From positions 62,001 to 126,000 of the forward strand of contig NW_026782164.1 of NCBI RefSeq assembly GCF_031769215.1: DNA of 64,000 nucleotides, written 5' to 3'. Positions 12,788-25,612 of the stretch are shown one piece after another; position 1 is the first letter of the stretch; each line of letters begins with the position of its first letter. The position numbers were made by a program, and so were the translations under genes. The notes under the pieces are model-generated. The model was not told where the DNA came from, made no database searches, and saw nothing but the letters and a program-made list of their open reading frames with translations. This DNA is from Ylistrum balloti (taxonomy: Eukaryota).

Positions 12788-13000
12788 TACCCCCCAAACT
12801 ATGATTTCTTAATAAATGAACTGATTGTACTTCCTTCCAAACTATGAGTCTTAAATAGATTTTCATATTGTTGTTCCCTCAAAACTAAGACTTCTGAATA
12901 GATTTTCATATTATAATTTAAGACTAACTAAACTAAGAGTTTTGAATAGATTGCATGATTGAAAATCCCTCCAAACTATGAGTTTTGATTGTACTTTAGT
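12788..13000. repeat. Decayed ~40-bp tandem repeat (CCAAACTATGAGT...AATAGATTTTCAT)
   Basis: About five diverged copies. Confidence 0.55.
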
Positions 13001-13549
13001 ATATATATTTAATGATGTTTTGACTTTGCTATAGTGTAATGTTGATAAAAAAATGCAGAAATGTGTATAGAGAGAAAAATGTAGTTTGATCATGAAGACT
13101 ACAGAAGTGTTAATCTATTGAATATAAGGATAGAGATGTTCTAATGGTGCTGTTGTTATAATGAACTAACATGTCGTTGTTGAGGGGAGTATGTGGTATA
13201 TTGATCTCGCAATCACTTCAATTGTTCTGTTATATGTACATGTGGTAACAATGAGACTTCCTCACAACTTTGACATATTCTTCTCCCATTAGCTGTGATT
13301 TATTTGAAATCTCCTTGGAACAGTAGCAATTGAAAGATTATTGATCAAGGGGAAAAAATCTGTTGTCTGTTATAAAGCAGTTGTCTTCCTTGTCCAGTGT
13401 GATAGGTTTACATGTACATTCCATGTCATTAGTGTGAGAGGCAGAACCTGATGTGGCAATACTGTTTATTGAGAAATCCAGCAAAGGTATTTCACAAGTG
13501 CAAACATATAGTGCAATGTAGTTAGAGGACAGAGATACAGTTCTTATTC

Positions 13550-15185
13550 TATGGATTGTTTGTTTTATAAGTTATGGATTGTTGGTGTAAGTATGGATAA
13601 CTGGTAAAGGTGGACAGTTTCTGTAACTATGGATTGTTGGTGTAACTATGAAAATTTGGTGTAAGTATAAATTATTGGTGTGTTGGTGTAACAAGGGATT
13701 ATTTGTGTAAGTACAGATTGTTGTCACATTTTGGGTATGATTTATTTAGATTAAAAGTTAAACTATGGAATTAATGTGTAACTATGGATTGTTGGTGTAA
13801 CTATGAAAATTTGGTGTAAGTATGAATTATTGTGTTGGTGTAACTAGGGATTATTTGTGTAAGTACAGATTGTTGTCACATTTTGGGTATGATTTATTTA
13901 GATTAAAAGTTAAACTTTGGAATTAATGTGTAACTATGGATTGAAGGTGGAACTATTTACAGTCAGTGTAACTATAAATTGAAGGTGGAACTATTTACAG
14001 TCAGTGTAACTATAAATTGAAGGTGGAACTATTTACAGTCAGTGTAACTATAAATTGAAGGTGGAACTATTTACAGTCAGTGTAACTATAAATTGGATGT
14101 GGAACTGTTTACAGTCAGTGTAACTATAAATTGAAGGTGGAACTATTTACAGTCAGTGTAACTATAAATTGGATGTGGAACTATTTACAGTCAGTGTAAC
14201 TTTAAATTGAAGGTGGAACTATTTGCAGTCAGTGTAACTATAAATTGAAGGTGGAACTATTTACAGTCAGTGTAACTATAAATTGAAGGTGAACAAGAAT
14301 ACAAGATTTTAGTTTGAGTAATATATAAAGTTTATTTGTGTTATTATAGATAAATAGTGTTACTTTGGATAACTGGTGTTAAGATAGATTTTTTGTTTTA
14401 CATTGGATTAATGGTGTAATTATGGGCTATTTCGCTACAGTGAATTTTGATGTCACTTTGGGTTATTGGTGTCACAATGGACTATTGGTGTCATATTATT
14501 GGTGTGATTTCAGATTATGAGGGTAACTATTGGTTATTAATTAAAGTGGAATATTGGTGTTACTTTGAATTACTGGTTTAACTATGAGTTATTTTGCTAC
14601 TGTGGATTATTGGTGTTGCTATGGATTATTGATGTTGCTTTGGATTATTGTTGTTGCTATGGATTATTGGTGTTACTGTGGATTATTGGTGTTACTATGG
14701 ATTATTGGTGTTACTATGGATTATTGTGTTACTATGGATTATTGTTGTTGCTATGGATTATTGGTGTTACTATGGATTATTGGTGTATGTATTGGTTAAT
14801 TATGCTATATAATTGATGTAACTAAGGGCTATTTATCTACTTTGGATTATTGTTGTTGCTATGGATTATTGGTGTTGCTATGGATTATTGGTGTTACTAT
14901 GGATTATTGGTGTTACTATGGATTATTGGTGTATGTATTGGTTAATTATGCTATATAATTGATGTAACTAAGGGCTATTTATCTACTTTGGATTATTGGT
15001 GTTATTATGGATTATTGATGTAACAATGGGTTGTTGAGCCTCTTTAAATTATTTGTGTTATGTGGATTATTGATGTAACTTAAAGTTGTTGTGCCTCTGT
15101 GGATTATTGTTGTTACTGTGGATCATTGGTGTTTCTGTGGATTATTGATGAAACTATGGGTTGTTGTGCCTCTTTGGATTATTTG
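13550..15185. repeat. Composite array of a 19-bp unit (ACTATGGATTATTGGTGTT) including a 38-bp dimeric block at 13929-14292
   Basis: Direct reading. Confidence 0.9.
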
Positions 15186-16439
15186 GGATTAGTGGTGATG
15201 TACTAATGTAGACAATCAAAATTTTAGTCATTTCATTTTGTGTAAACTTCTAAATTAAACAATCAGATAAAGTTGATTTGTTGAATTCAAATTTAGTTCA
15301 AACTGGGTTAGAAATTTGTTTTGATAGCAAAATTGACATTCTATTGCTTAATGTGTATCAACGAAAAGGTTCAATTAGATTATCCTTGAATTTTTTAATT
15401 GCTGAAGTGAGATTCTTGATATTTAACTGAGCATTATCTGACTGAAGATATTGTTTAATCTTAATTCATGTGAGATTGGAGTATCACTAAGAAATACATG
15501 TCCTATACTGGCCTTCGCAAGCTATTACCCTATAATGATTTGTAAATTTTCTAAAAATATTAATGTTCTGTTGAACATGAGATTAAAGTAGACAGATTCA
15601 ATGTAAGTGATTATTAGGATACGATGTAGTTAAACTGATTGTTGATTTTGAACAAACAAAATTCTAACAGACATTGACTTTACACATCTCTACATGATTC
15701 ATAATTTACATTTAAGTGTTTGTAATTATACAAAGCATAAGTAGAATTGATATCTCAATTTATATTTTGAAGCATTAAATAAAGAATCTTAATCGATAAT
15801 ATTAGGATTGACACATGGACATTTACTTCAATATCATTGAAAGTGTTTGACTTAACCAAGATATATGTATGGATAATTTGAATTTGAATTCAGCTGCAAT
15901 GCATTTACTGCTACTGAAGAAACTGTAGTAAATTATCTTGAGTTGGAAACTTAAGACCTGATATGGATTTGAACAATCGACATCCAAACATTTAAGGGTT
16001 GTCCTAGACATGCAGTAACCAGTTACTAGCTGTTGGTGATGCAGTTCATGTTTGTTGACTCTTGACCTCTTGACCTTTGACTCAACTGTTATAGCCTGGT
16101 ACCATCTGACAGTGAGTTTGAGTTGATTGGGTTAGCCACTTTAAAGCCTGCATATTTGCCATAGTAGCTGACAAATTGAATTTTACAGGCTTCCAACAGA
16201 GCCCTTTTTAAATTACCAAGTGTTCACTTCTAGTTTCCTAATCTGAAATCCATACAATATGTAGTTACGAATCCCCATTAATTTCAGGCACCTGAATTAG
16301 TACAAACTGACAAATCAGATATCACAGACTTCAGACAGATTAATGGATTTGAACAACTTGAAAAATGCATTATGTAACCAGCATTACTCCATCTGATAAG
16401 AAAGTTTGTCATACATCTGCTGGTATTTCAATTTTTATA

Positions 16440-17060
16440 TGTCAAAGTTTTAGCTATAACAGACCTCGTTCAGACCAGGCCAAAATTGTAGCATGATCCA
16501 GCTAGAACAGACCTTGCAGGGTAAAGCTAAATTTACAGAGACACAGCTAAAACAGACCTTGGTCAGACTAAAATTATTGTAACAACAGGTTTTAGTCAGG
16601 CCAAAATTGTAGGATAATCCAGCTAGAAGGGTAAGGCCAAATTTACAAAGAGATCATGTCTTGATCTGTCTATTGTCTAGCTATAAGAGGTCTTGGTCAA
16701 GCCAAATTATATTGGGAACAAGTCTTGGTCAGCCTTAAGTTATAGCTTGAATTGGCCTTACAAGGTCAGGCCAAAATAACAACTAAAACAGGCCTTGCAG
16801 AGCCAAGGCAAGCAGGCCTCGCAGAGTCAGGGCAAAGACTGGCCTTGGTCAGGCCAAATTTACAGCTAGAGCAGGCCTTGTGGGTCAGGTCAAAGTTACA
16901 GAAAGGAAAATGTCTATGTCAGGCCTTTTTACAGGAGGATTAAGTCTTGTTTAGACCATATTTACAGACAGAATAGGTCTTGATCATGCCAGCTCTATAG
17001 ACAGACCATGTACAGCAGATCAGTTCTTGGTCAGGCATCAGAAGTGTCAAATTTACAATG
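16440..17060. repeat. Old decayed ~30-bp tandem repeat (GGCCTTGGTCAGGCCAAATTTACAGCTAGAACA-like)
   Basis: Recurring ggtcaggccaaa and acaggccttg motifs. Confidence 0.65.
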
Positions 17061-18165
17061 ACTTATGGCAGCATGCCCAGTGTGGCGGTGATTCAGTGTC
17101 CACTGTTTCAGCAGTGGTGTTACATTTGACAAAGGCCAATCAAGGGGGGAATTGTGAAGAGGCTACTGAAATAGAAATCATAATCAGTATGGTATATTCA
17201 TTATTCATGCTTCGTAGTGAACACCTTCAACGTAGAGTTAAACCCCTCATAATAAGCAAGTAGTAGAACCAGTTATAGGAGACAGAAAATACCTAATATA
17301 AATGTAACTCTATTGGAAAGAAAAGACTTTTCAACTGCCCTGCTTAAAGCTTATTAGCAAATAATCGTTTGTACTGTAAAAGGGTTTATTTTCAATGGTA
17401 TAAATAGTGTGTACTCGGGTATAATGCAGAAGTATGTTTTTAGGGGCAGATTTTAAAAAATATATATGTATATATATATATATTTAATATAGATATTGAT
17501 TACCGGTTACCATGGTGACACAGTTGATGTTTTGATCCATCAACATTTAGGAAACCGCATTGAATTATAAGGCTAGGCTAATTGGATAATTAACAGTTAT
17601 TAACAAGTAACACATTGAGTATGAAGAGATTGACGACACCCGGTCTGGGCTGAACGTGAGCAAATGGTCAGAAAACTATGTTGTTTTAACAATCTGAAAA
17701 TGTTCAATCCTACATTGTCCCATAAAAGCAGGTGATATGTTCAGTATTGGTATGACCTTTCATGGTATCTGTACCTACTGCGGTAACTGAATGTACTTAC
17801 TGATGGATTGCTTACATTGACTTTGACATGTGGAAACAGCTAGCATCATTTACAGCCAAAGAGAAACTGAACGCCATTGACTACCCCAAAAGAATTGGAT
17901 TTCATGCCAACCCACTTTGACATCCCAGAATCAACATTCGGGCATGGAAGAAATAAGAAGAAATGCTTAAGTCCCAACCCTTGCTTTTTACCTAAAGCTT
18001 ATAGTGAAAATGATGTATTTTCCATGAAAGTCCTGAAACTGATTTTGGAATCTGTCACTTTTATTCCCATTGTGTCTTTACATAGTTTTGTTCCAACCTC
18101 ATAAATTGTAAAATATAAGACTCAACAGAAATAACCTTTATTTAGAATTGAAATTGAGTTGAAGT

Positions 18166-18450
18166 TTTTATGTCACCTGAGATGAAGTCTGAAGAGACAT
18201 TTTGCGAATGTCTTTTGTCCGCCATTATCCGTTGTCCATCATGAGTTGCAAACAACAATTCACTTCAGTTTTTTCACAACGGAATAAAGTTCCTGTCTTT
18301 CTTTGGCTATGATGGTAGATGGAACCATTGTATTCTTTACAAAAACTGATTGCTGTTAAAAATTAAGCTTGCTCTAGCTGGATTGAAAGTGAAATGAGGG
18401 CTTATTTAATAGGGAATTTTAAAAACAGATTTTTTTTTTACATCGATTAC
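18166..18450 (+). mobile_element. Degenerate HINE-like 5' fragment
   Basis: ttttatgtcacctgagatgaagtctgaagagac...gtccgcc...ccgttgtcc, same head architecture as 39313. Confidence 0.4.
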
Positions 18451-18935
18451 CATTCTCATGATAAGTTGATAATGATTTTGTTCAATGCAAATAACTGAAC
18501 CTTGATAATTTTTTGGAAAAAAAATATAGTGAACATTTTGTAATCTTATTAGTTCATTACAATATTGAACTGTTTATTCACATGTAAAGAGCTTAGAGAA
18601 ATATATCATGTTTAACTATTTGCAGTTGTTCTAAGTAATGTGGTAACCGTGACGTTGATAGGGGTAATAAATTATTGATGAAGGCCATTGTTAACACGTA
18701 ATTGAATGAAACTTTTTTCGTCATGTTGTCTGATGGTTTGGTACCGGTGGGAAACCTCAAACATTTGGTGAGCAATGTTCAGGGTGTTACGACAGATCTA
18801 TAAAAAGGTCTGTCAATATATTCTGTTTGTGATGTGAGGCAAATCAACATTTGTTTTCAGCCTATAATGTTGCAATACTGCAGTGTGTTCAGTGATTGGA
18901 TTTGTTGATATTGGAACTGTTGGACAGACTTTGTC

Positions 18936-18945
18936 ATGTCTCAGG
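18936..18945 (+). CDS. Candidate upstream exon (acceptor at 18860; ATG TCT CAG G then donor GTATGA)
   Basis: ttgttttcag acceptor and AGG|GTATGA donor; phase 1 joins 19221. No homology support. Confidence 0.3.
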
Positions 18946-19220
18946 GTATGATTATTCTAGAGTCTAGTTTTACTTACTGTGTCAGTGATAAGGGATGAAA
19001 TATCTGGATCACCATATATCATCCCATCTGTTTCGATGTTTCTGTCTGGTGACATCACTGATATCTACTGGTTTTGGTTCTAGGTATTACGACCTGGAAT
19101 ATCCATACAGCTTAGACCTTGGAGCTGTTTTCATACTTTGTAATATTTTATACAATTTAGATGACATGGCAGTTGTCTATATCAGATATAGTTGTTAAAA
19201 AATTTTAATCTGTTTTTCAG

Positions 19221-19270
19221 GTAAAGGATATCCAATCATCAATATTGTGGTCTGTTATAAGCTTGTGTAT
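19221..19270 (+). CDS. Candidate 50-bp upstream exon (GKGYPIINIVVCYKLVY)
   Basis: tctgtttttcag acceptor, tat|GTGAGT donor, open in the phase-compatible frame. It also resembles the adjacent 41-bp repeat, so it could be a repeat edge. Confidence 0.35.
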
Positions 19271-19306
19271 GTGAGTTTTTCTCTGTCATTATTTAATTTT
19301 CAATTA

Positions 19307-21045
19307 ATCTGTTATCAGTTTGGGTAATCTGTATTGATATGTACAGATATCTGGGGGATATCTGTGTATAGATATTTTGGTCTGTTATCAGTTTGGGGAT
19401 ATCTGTGTATAGATATTTTGGTCTGTTATCAGTTTGGGATATCTGTGTATAGATATTTAGGTCTGTAATCAGTTTTGGGATATCTGTGTATAGATATTTT
19501 GGTCTGTTATCAGTTTAGGGATATCTGTGTATAGATATTTTGGTCTGTTATCAGTTTGGGGATATCTGTGTATAGATATTTTGTTCTGTTATCAGTTTGG
19601 GGATATCTGTGTATAGATATTTTGGTCTGTTATCAGTTTGGGATATCTGTGTATAGATATTTTGGTCTGTTATCAGTTTGGGGTATCTGTGTATAAGATA
19701 TTTTGGTCTGTATAAGATATTTTGGTCTGTTATCAGGTTTGGGGGATATCTATGTATAGATATTTTGGTCTGTTATCAGTTTGGGGATATCTGTGTATAG
19801 ATATTTTGGTCTGTTATCAGTTTGGGGATATCTGTGTATAGATATTTTGGTCTGTTATCAGTTTAGGGATATCTGTGTATAAGATATTTTGGTCTGTTAT
19901 CAGGTTTGGGGGATATCTGTGTCTAGATATTTTGGTCTGTTATTAGTTAGGGGATATCTGTGTATAGTTATTTTGGTCTGTTATCAGTTTTGGGATATCT
20001 TTGTATAGATATTTTGGTCTGTTATCAGGTTTGGGGGATATCTTTGTATAGATATTTTGGTCTGTTATCATATTTGGGGGATATCTGTGTATAGATATTT
20101 TGGTCTCTAATCAGTTTGGGGATATCTGTGTATTGATATTTTGGTCTGTTATCAGTTTGGGGATATCTGTGTATAGATATTTTGGTCTGTTATCAGTTTT
20201 GGGGATATCTGTGTATAGATATTTTGGTCTGTTATCAGTTTTTGGATATCTGTGTATAGATATTTTGGTCTCTGATCAGTTTAGGGATATCTGTGTATTG
20301 ATATTTTGGTCAGTTATCAGTTTGGGGATATCTGTGTATTGATATTTTGGTCTGTTATCAGTTTTTGGATATCTGTGTATAGATATTTTGGTCTGTTATC
20401 AGTTTGGGATATCTGTGTATTGATATTTTGGTATGTTATCAGTTTGGGGATATCTGTGTATAGATATTTTGTTCTGTTATCAGTTTGGGGATATCTGTGT
20501 ATAGATATTTTGGTCTGTTATCAGTTTGGGGATATCTGTGTATAGATATTTTGGTCTGTTATCAGTTTTTGGATATCTATGTATAGATATTTTGGTATGT
20601 TATCAGTTTGGGGATATCTGTGTATAGATATTTTGTTTGTTATCAGTTATCTAGATAGTTTGGGGATATCTGTGTATTGATATTTTGGTCTGTTATCAGT
20701 TTGGGGATATCTGTGTATAGATATTTTGGTCTGTTATCAGTTTTTGGATATCTGTGTATAGATATTTTGGTCTGTTATCAGTTTGGGATATCTGTGTATA
20801 GATATTTTGGATATCTGTTATAGATATTTTGGTTTGGGGATATCTGTGTATAGATATTTTGGTTTGTTATCAGTTTGGGGATATCTGTGTATAGATATTT
20901 TGGTCTGTTATCAGTTTGGGGATATCTGTGTATAGATATTTTATTCTGTTATCAGTGTGGGGACATCTATATAGATATTTTGGTCTGGAATCAGTTTGGG
21001 ACATTTGTTTATATATTTGGATCTGTTATCAGTTTGGGGATAATT
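19307..21045. repeat. 41-bp minisatellite, ~42 copies (TTTGGGGATATCTGTGTATAGATATTTTGGTCTGTTATCAG)
   Basis: Direct reading. Confidence 0.97.
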
Positions 21046-21627
21046 TCTCAGGTATTTTTGTATGCTATTTAGATTTTACTATAGCGATTATTGAACTCTT
21101 TTGGCTTGGGAGACTTCAAAGACTATCTTGCGCAACTATAACCTATCTATCCCATGATGCAACAGTGTATTGTATACTTCCATTATGGCTTCCAAGCAAT
21201 CACGGAAATGATTACTTAAATCCATGAGAATGTTATTTTAATATCAAAATCATCCCGTATACGATTGAAAATGAGGGTTTTAGACAATTTGTTTTAGCCT
21301 TTAGCCACAAACAAGTGATAGATGGGTGTTTGGTAACTTGTTACCATGTTGTACTCTACCCTTCTCCGGGTAGCCTGCCACTGGAAGTGCAGTATGACAA
21401 CTTCAGTAAAGCAAGACTACACAGTCATCTTGAAAGTAGCAAAGTTAGAGTTTAGATATAAAATTCATACATATTAAAACATAAATCATGTCTTGCTGTG
21501 AAGAAAATTCATTTGTGAATTAATGATTCACATTTTTGAGAAAGAATGGGGATTCCTCCAAAGGGGTAGACGGTAACCTTGATAATTTCATCAACTTTTT
21601 AGTTTTTTTTAGTCGCACTGATATATA

Positions 21628-21787
21628 AGTCGTATCCCCGACAGACAAGGAAAAAGGCCACTGCTTATAATCTGGAAAATAGTCGCATCCCCAACAGACA
21701 AGGAAAAAGGCCACTGCTTATAATCTGGAAAATAGTCGCATCCCCAACAGACAAGGAAAAAGGCCACTGCTTATAATCTGGAAAATA
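21628..21787. repeat. 53-bp tandem repeat, 3 copies
   Basis: AGTCGCATCCCCAACAGACAAGGAAAAAGGCCACTGCTTATAATCTGGAAAAT. Confidence 0.93.
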
Positions 21788-22184
21788 GGGCAAATAGTTA
21801 GGAGATGGTATATATGATACATAGTTTTTGATCACTAGTATATGATAATGTAGATTTTACTGTATACCTTGGATGAGGTGGGTGACAGCTATAGAATCTG
21901 AGGACTTTTAATCAGGATATTGGATGCTGATCACTGCTCTGTTAAACCCTGATATTTGGAATATATCTAGAGGCTTGTGTCAAGGTTTTTGGTGCTATCA
22001 TTTAATTAAGTTGGCAACTTTAAGTTCTTCATATTGTCATCATATAAGTGCTTCTCATTCTAAAGGCACATTGCCATGTCTGTTATGGTTCCAGATAGAA
22101 TCATGTTTAAGACCTTAAATATTTTAAGGTATTTAAGGTGTTTATTTAATTTTTTTGTTGTTGGCATAAGGGACATCCCTACAG

Positions 22185-22357
22185 TTTATGATGTCCAATG
22201 TTTGGCTGTATCATCATATATACAATCCAAGGACTCGTAGTATTAATTCCTCCATGCGACATAAACAACGAAATCAGCATCATCGAGGAGATTTCCATCG
22301 GAACAGTGGAGTTCGCCGTTTGTCGTTAAACTGTGATAATATACCACCACCTCCACA
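22185..22357 (+). CDS. KCNT1/KCNT2 (slo-2): Probable N-terminal coding exon of the KCNT gene (FMMSNVWLYHH...RRLSLNCDNIPPPP)
   Basis: Open frame from ATG 22188 to a CA|GTAAGT donor. Phase 2 matches exon 25533. The terminal PPPP recalls the VPPLPP of Slick/Slack-A N-termini. Confidence 0.6.
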
Positions 22358-22843
22358 GTAAGTAAAGTCGTTTATTGGCAGTAGTGCTACATTATTGTCA
22401 ATGTTCACTTTAACATTACCATATAATATGATCATCACATTGTGAGATTACATTATTTCATGCTGTTTTGTGATTCTTGCCCAACAGAAAATTGCATTCT
22501 CAACAATTTAGTACTGGTTGTGTGTAGCCAGAAATCTACAATATAATCGTGATTTTGAAATGCTGTAAAATCATTGATTTTCGTTGGTGTTTTATTTTTG
22601 TTGATATTGATGGTACTCCTAATCCACAGATTTATATGCCCATAAAATGTTAACTCATAAAGTGTAAATAGATTTGTTTTAGCTCTATATTTTTCCACAA
22701 AATAGTATTTGTATTGAAAAACCAGGAAAATTAAGTCAGAGGAAAATGTACAGTTTTTTTTTAGAAAACTTTCTTTGAAGGTCAGCTTTGGATTTCTTCC
22801 AGTCAATGCATCTCAAAGATATGTTAGTGTTAAAAGTAGGTTG

Positions 22844-22992
22844 TTTGGAAAATATCCTTTGATTCCAAGTAGAATTTGGAAAATATCCTTTGATTCCAAG
22901 TAGAATTTGGAAAAAGGATCAAGTAGAATTTGGAAAATATCCTTTGATTCCAAGTAGAATTTGGAAAATATCCTTTGATTCCAGGTAGAATT
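22844..22992. repeat. 31-bp tandem repeat, ~4.5 copies
   Basis: CCAAGTAGAATTTGGAAAATATCCTTTGATT. Confidence 0.92.
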
Positions 22993-25532
22993 TCTATTTT
23001 ACTGTTATGCTGAAATGTGTACAGTGCATATGATTTGCAGGTACTTATGACCATTGTACTATCACACTATTTTAGCAGAAGTATGATGAACGAAAGATAC
23101 CATGAATCAATTTCATTAAAAAAACATCTCTATCCTGGAATTAATTTCAACATGCAAATTCTAGGTATGTTTCAATATGATTTATCATCATATCCTATCT
23201 GTTGTTTGCTTGGAATTGGTGCATTTTCAAGTGCACAGCTTTCAAATAATAACATAAGGTATGATAGCATTGATGACAAACAATGGGTAATATTCAGAGC
23301 AGTATAAATCAATACATTGGTGATAACTCTGTAATTTTTTTCAACCTACAAACTCACACACTCAGCAGTCACAATCATTAATTGTGACTATGTTTATTGT
23401 TATTTAAAGAAAAAACTTATCAAAAATTAAAGTAGAAATTACATGTGGTTTGTTACAACAATGGCATACATTTAAAATAAGTTCAGTGCTGCTGGTCCAA
23501 GACAAGTAGAGTTGCTTCATTCTATCTCGGTATATCTATATTTATAACATTTTTGCCAGTGAAATGTAGGAATATAGCAATTTGATAAAAAGTTATATAT
23601 ATCATCACTGCAGTGAAAAATATAAATTTTTCTAGTGACGAAATCACTCATATGACAAAATATCTCTAGATATGCATTTAAACATTGAACTGCTTTTAGT
23701 TGACGTTCATAGGCATATGAACGCCAACAGGATAAGGGTAATTGTAATGGAATGTGTTATGTTGAATTTACCCTTATCCAATTTACATTCATATGCCCTT
23801 AAAAGCCAATTGAAGGCAGTTTGGTACTTTATTAAGTTTGATACAAGGGAAGGAAACCTCAATCTGTTTACATTATATTTCTTCACAGTTGGCAGTTCAT
23901 GAGTTAGTAACACACAGCTGTGGTAAGGTTACAATGTATTAATGCCATACAATGGTAGAGATATGATATTACACAGGAAACCATTAAATATCCTCTATAC
24001 ATCTGTCACGAAATCTCTAAACATTTCATTAATGTTTACCCCTCTCAAAAGAATAATGATCCATACACAGGACCTCCACTATTGTGTAGGGCTTCCTAAC
24101 AAAAATTCAGACCTACTGGATATTCAAGATTTCCACAATGTCAGCCCTATATGACATTTTGTTAATGTTACTTCTCCAAGCATGGTAAGTAAAATTTGGA
24201 CTGTGACGTCAACAAAATGAGTTGTGTATGGTCCACAGATTGACTAAAGTTTGGACCTTTATCACAGTAAAAATGGCTACCATAGTTGCCACATTGAAAT
24301 TCATGTTATCACGGCTTCTTCTGAAGGGATTGTTATATCATGACAAGACTTATGTTAATAGGTTGTGTAACATCCACTGATGGTCCTAATAAATATTCAG
24401 ATTAATATATCACATTCAAATAGCCATTCCTTCTGAAAAGTTTAACCATACAGAGACAAAACTTTCACTCTAGAAATGTGTCTTTAGAGAAATTCAACCC
24501 AGAATAAAAACCGTTGATTACAGGTCAATATTTCATTTTGTCAAAACCTTTCAGAGTCAGGTCACAAACAATCAGATAAAAACAAAAATGAAAGCCATAT
24601 CATTGTCAAAAAAAGACATGTGGATTCCGTCCAATTCATTTGAGATTGTGTGTTTTATCACGATATTGACCAGAATTCGAAGGCACAATCTGTTTGTGTG
24701 AGAATAGAAAGAGTTGGACACCAGAGCAGTAATATTGGATCAGTGAGTGTCATAGACTTTATCTAACAGAACATTTGTACTCCTGTATCTGGTTCACACC
24801 CTACCATATTCTATGAAAGTGAGTAGCAGATTTAAAGTCACTTTCTAACTTGAGAAATAAAGTGGTGTAAGGCTTGCTGCATCAATGCAATGACAATAAT
24901 ACGAATGTAAAGATTTGCCTGAATTTGTAACACAAAGAAAAAATAAATTGTTGCTTATCTAAATACCTTATTCAACTACACCTAGGTATATTCATATGGG
25001 CAGATGAAACCCAAATGATCAGACAGTATTTCTGTGTGTTTCAATGCAGGACCTAAGATCTAATTCAGGCTAGCTCCACTATCAATGATAACTCTACATA
25101 TTGGTATATGACAGCAGATTTGATATATATGTTTTGTTTGAAACCTGGTCATATATGTGAAAGAGTCTATGTGCCCCCCCTGACCATAATCTCATTCAAG
25201 ATCCCACTCACTATACAAATGGTCATCTTGACCTCTCGCTTTTGAAGGTTGTTGACGCGTGGTATGTTATGTTGTAAACATACATTGAACTGTAAATTGT
25301 TGATTTTTAAGGGTATACATTGTAAAAAAAGACAATTTCACATGGATAGTTACAGTGTTATTTGAATTTGTGAGTGTAATCTATCAATGACATCTACATT
25401 TGAAAAAGCAAAAATTGAAATATGATTTACAGCAGCAGGCATGGTGACCGTCCTATCAGGTCTAATTTGTTCCAATCCAGTGTTGATTACATATTTACAT
25501 TTTACAAAGTTGATGATGTTTATATCTTTCAG

Positions 25533-25612
25533 AGTGCGAGTTGAGTTCTTTACCAATGAAAAATCATTGAAGGAAAGATTACAGCTTTACTTCATCAAAA
25601 ACCAAAGATCTA
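25533..25612 (+). CDS. KCNT1/KCNT2 (slo-2): KCNT exon: [26 protein letters not shown]
   Basis: tttcag acceptor, GTAAGT donor; conserved pre-S1 motif. Confidence 0.95.

Noticed and set aside
23671-23738. Candidate exon MHLNIELLLVDVHRHMNANR resembling the Slick RDLLLGD motif
   Set aside because: Splice phases are incompatible with the 22357 donor and the 25533 acceptor; similarity is weak.
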